Part shown: positions 63,985 to 64,000 of the stretch, one piece after another
Layout of the letters: the number at the start of each line of letters is the position of its first letter
How positions within the stretch are numbered: the stretch's first letter is position 1
Origin: Takakia lepidozioides
Taxonomy: Eukaryota > Plantae > Bryophyta
Reading direction: 5' to 3'
DNA: 64,000 nucleotides
Assembly (NCBI GenBank): GCA_030704615.1
Contig: CM060734.1
Location: 11,098,001 to 11,162,000, forward strand
Made by a program: the position numbers and the translations under genes
The notes under the pieces: model-generated
Told to the model about the DNA's origin: nothing
Databases searched by the model: none
The model's input: only the letters and a program-made list of their open reading frames with translations

Positions 63985-64000
63985 AATGACATGGAGATCT

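Overview
This window is eukaryotic plant nuclear DNA, most likely from a non-seed land plant (inferred from the TE families and intron-rich genes). About 49 kb of nested transposons is followed by two host genes on the minus strand: a conserved uncharacterised protein and a complete 10-exon cysteine synthase (OAS-TL). The window ends in a hAT derivative and MITEs. The TE block holds a disrupted CACTA transposase, several ends of an unclassified DNA element with GGGGG termini and long TIRs, a near-complete 13.4 kb Ty3/Gypsy element with extra ORFs on both sides of gag-pol, a LINE with a 2A-like peptide, and a 500-N gap. The most unusual signal is TE-borne, degenerate cargo resembling ParB/Srx-domain plus beta-class (N4C/N6A) DNA methyltransferase fusions. 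It appears as one frameshifted fused locus (46.1-48.5 kb) and as two intron-containing halves inferred to belong to one gene family (7.6-10.3 kb and 30.4-31.5 kb). Nearby are arrays of long palindromes, a RING-H2 gene, an atypical kinase and an orphan 187-aa ORF family. All domain calls come from motif recognition by eye; no searches were run.
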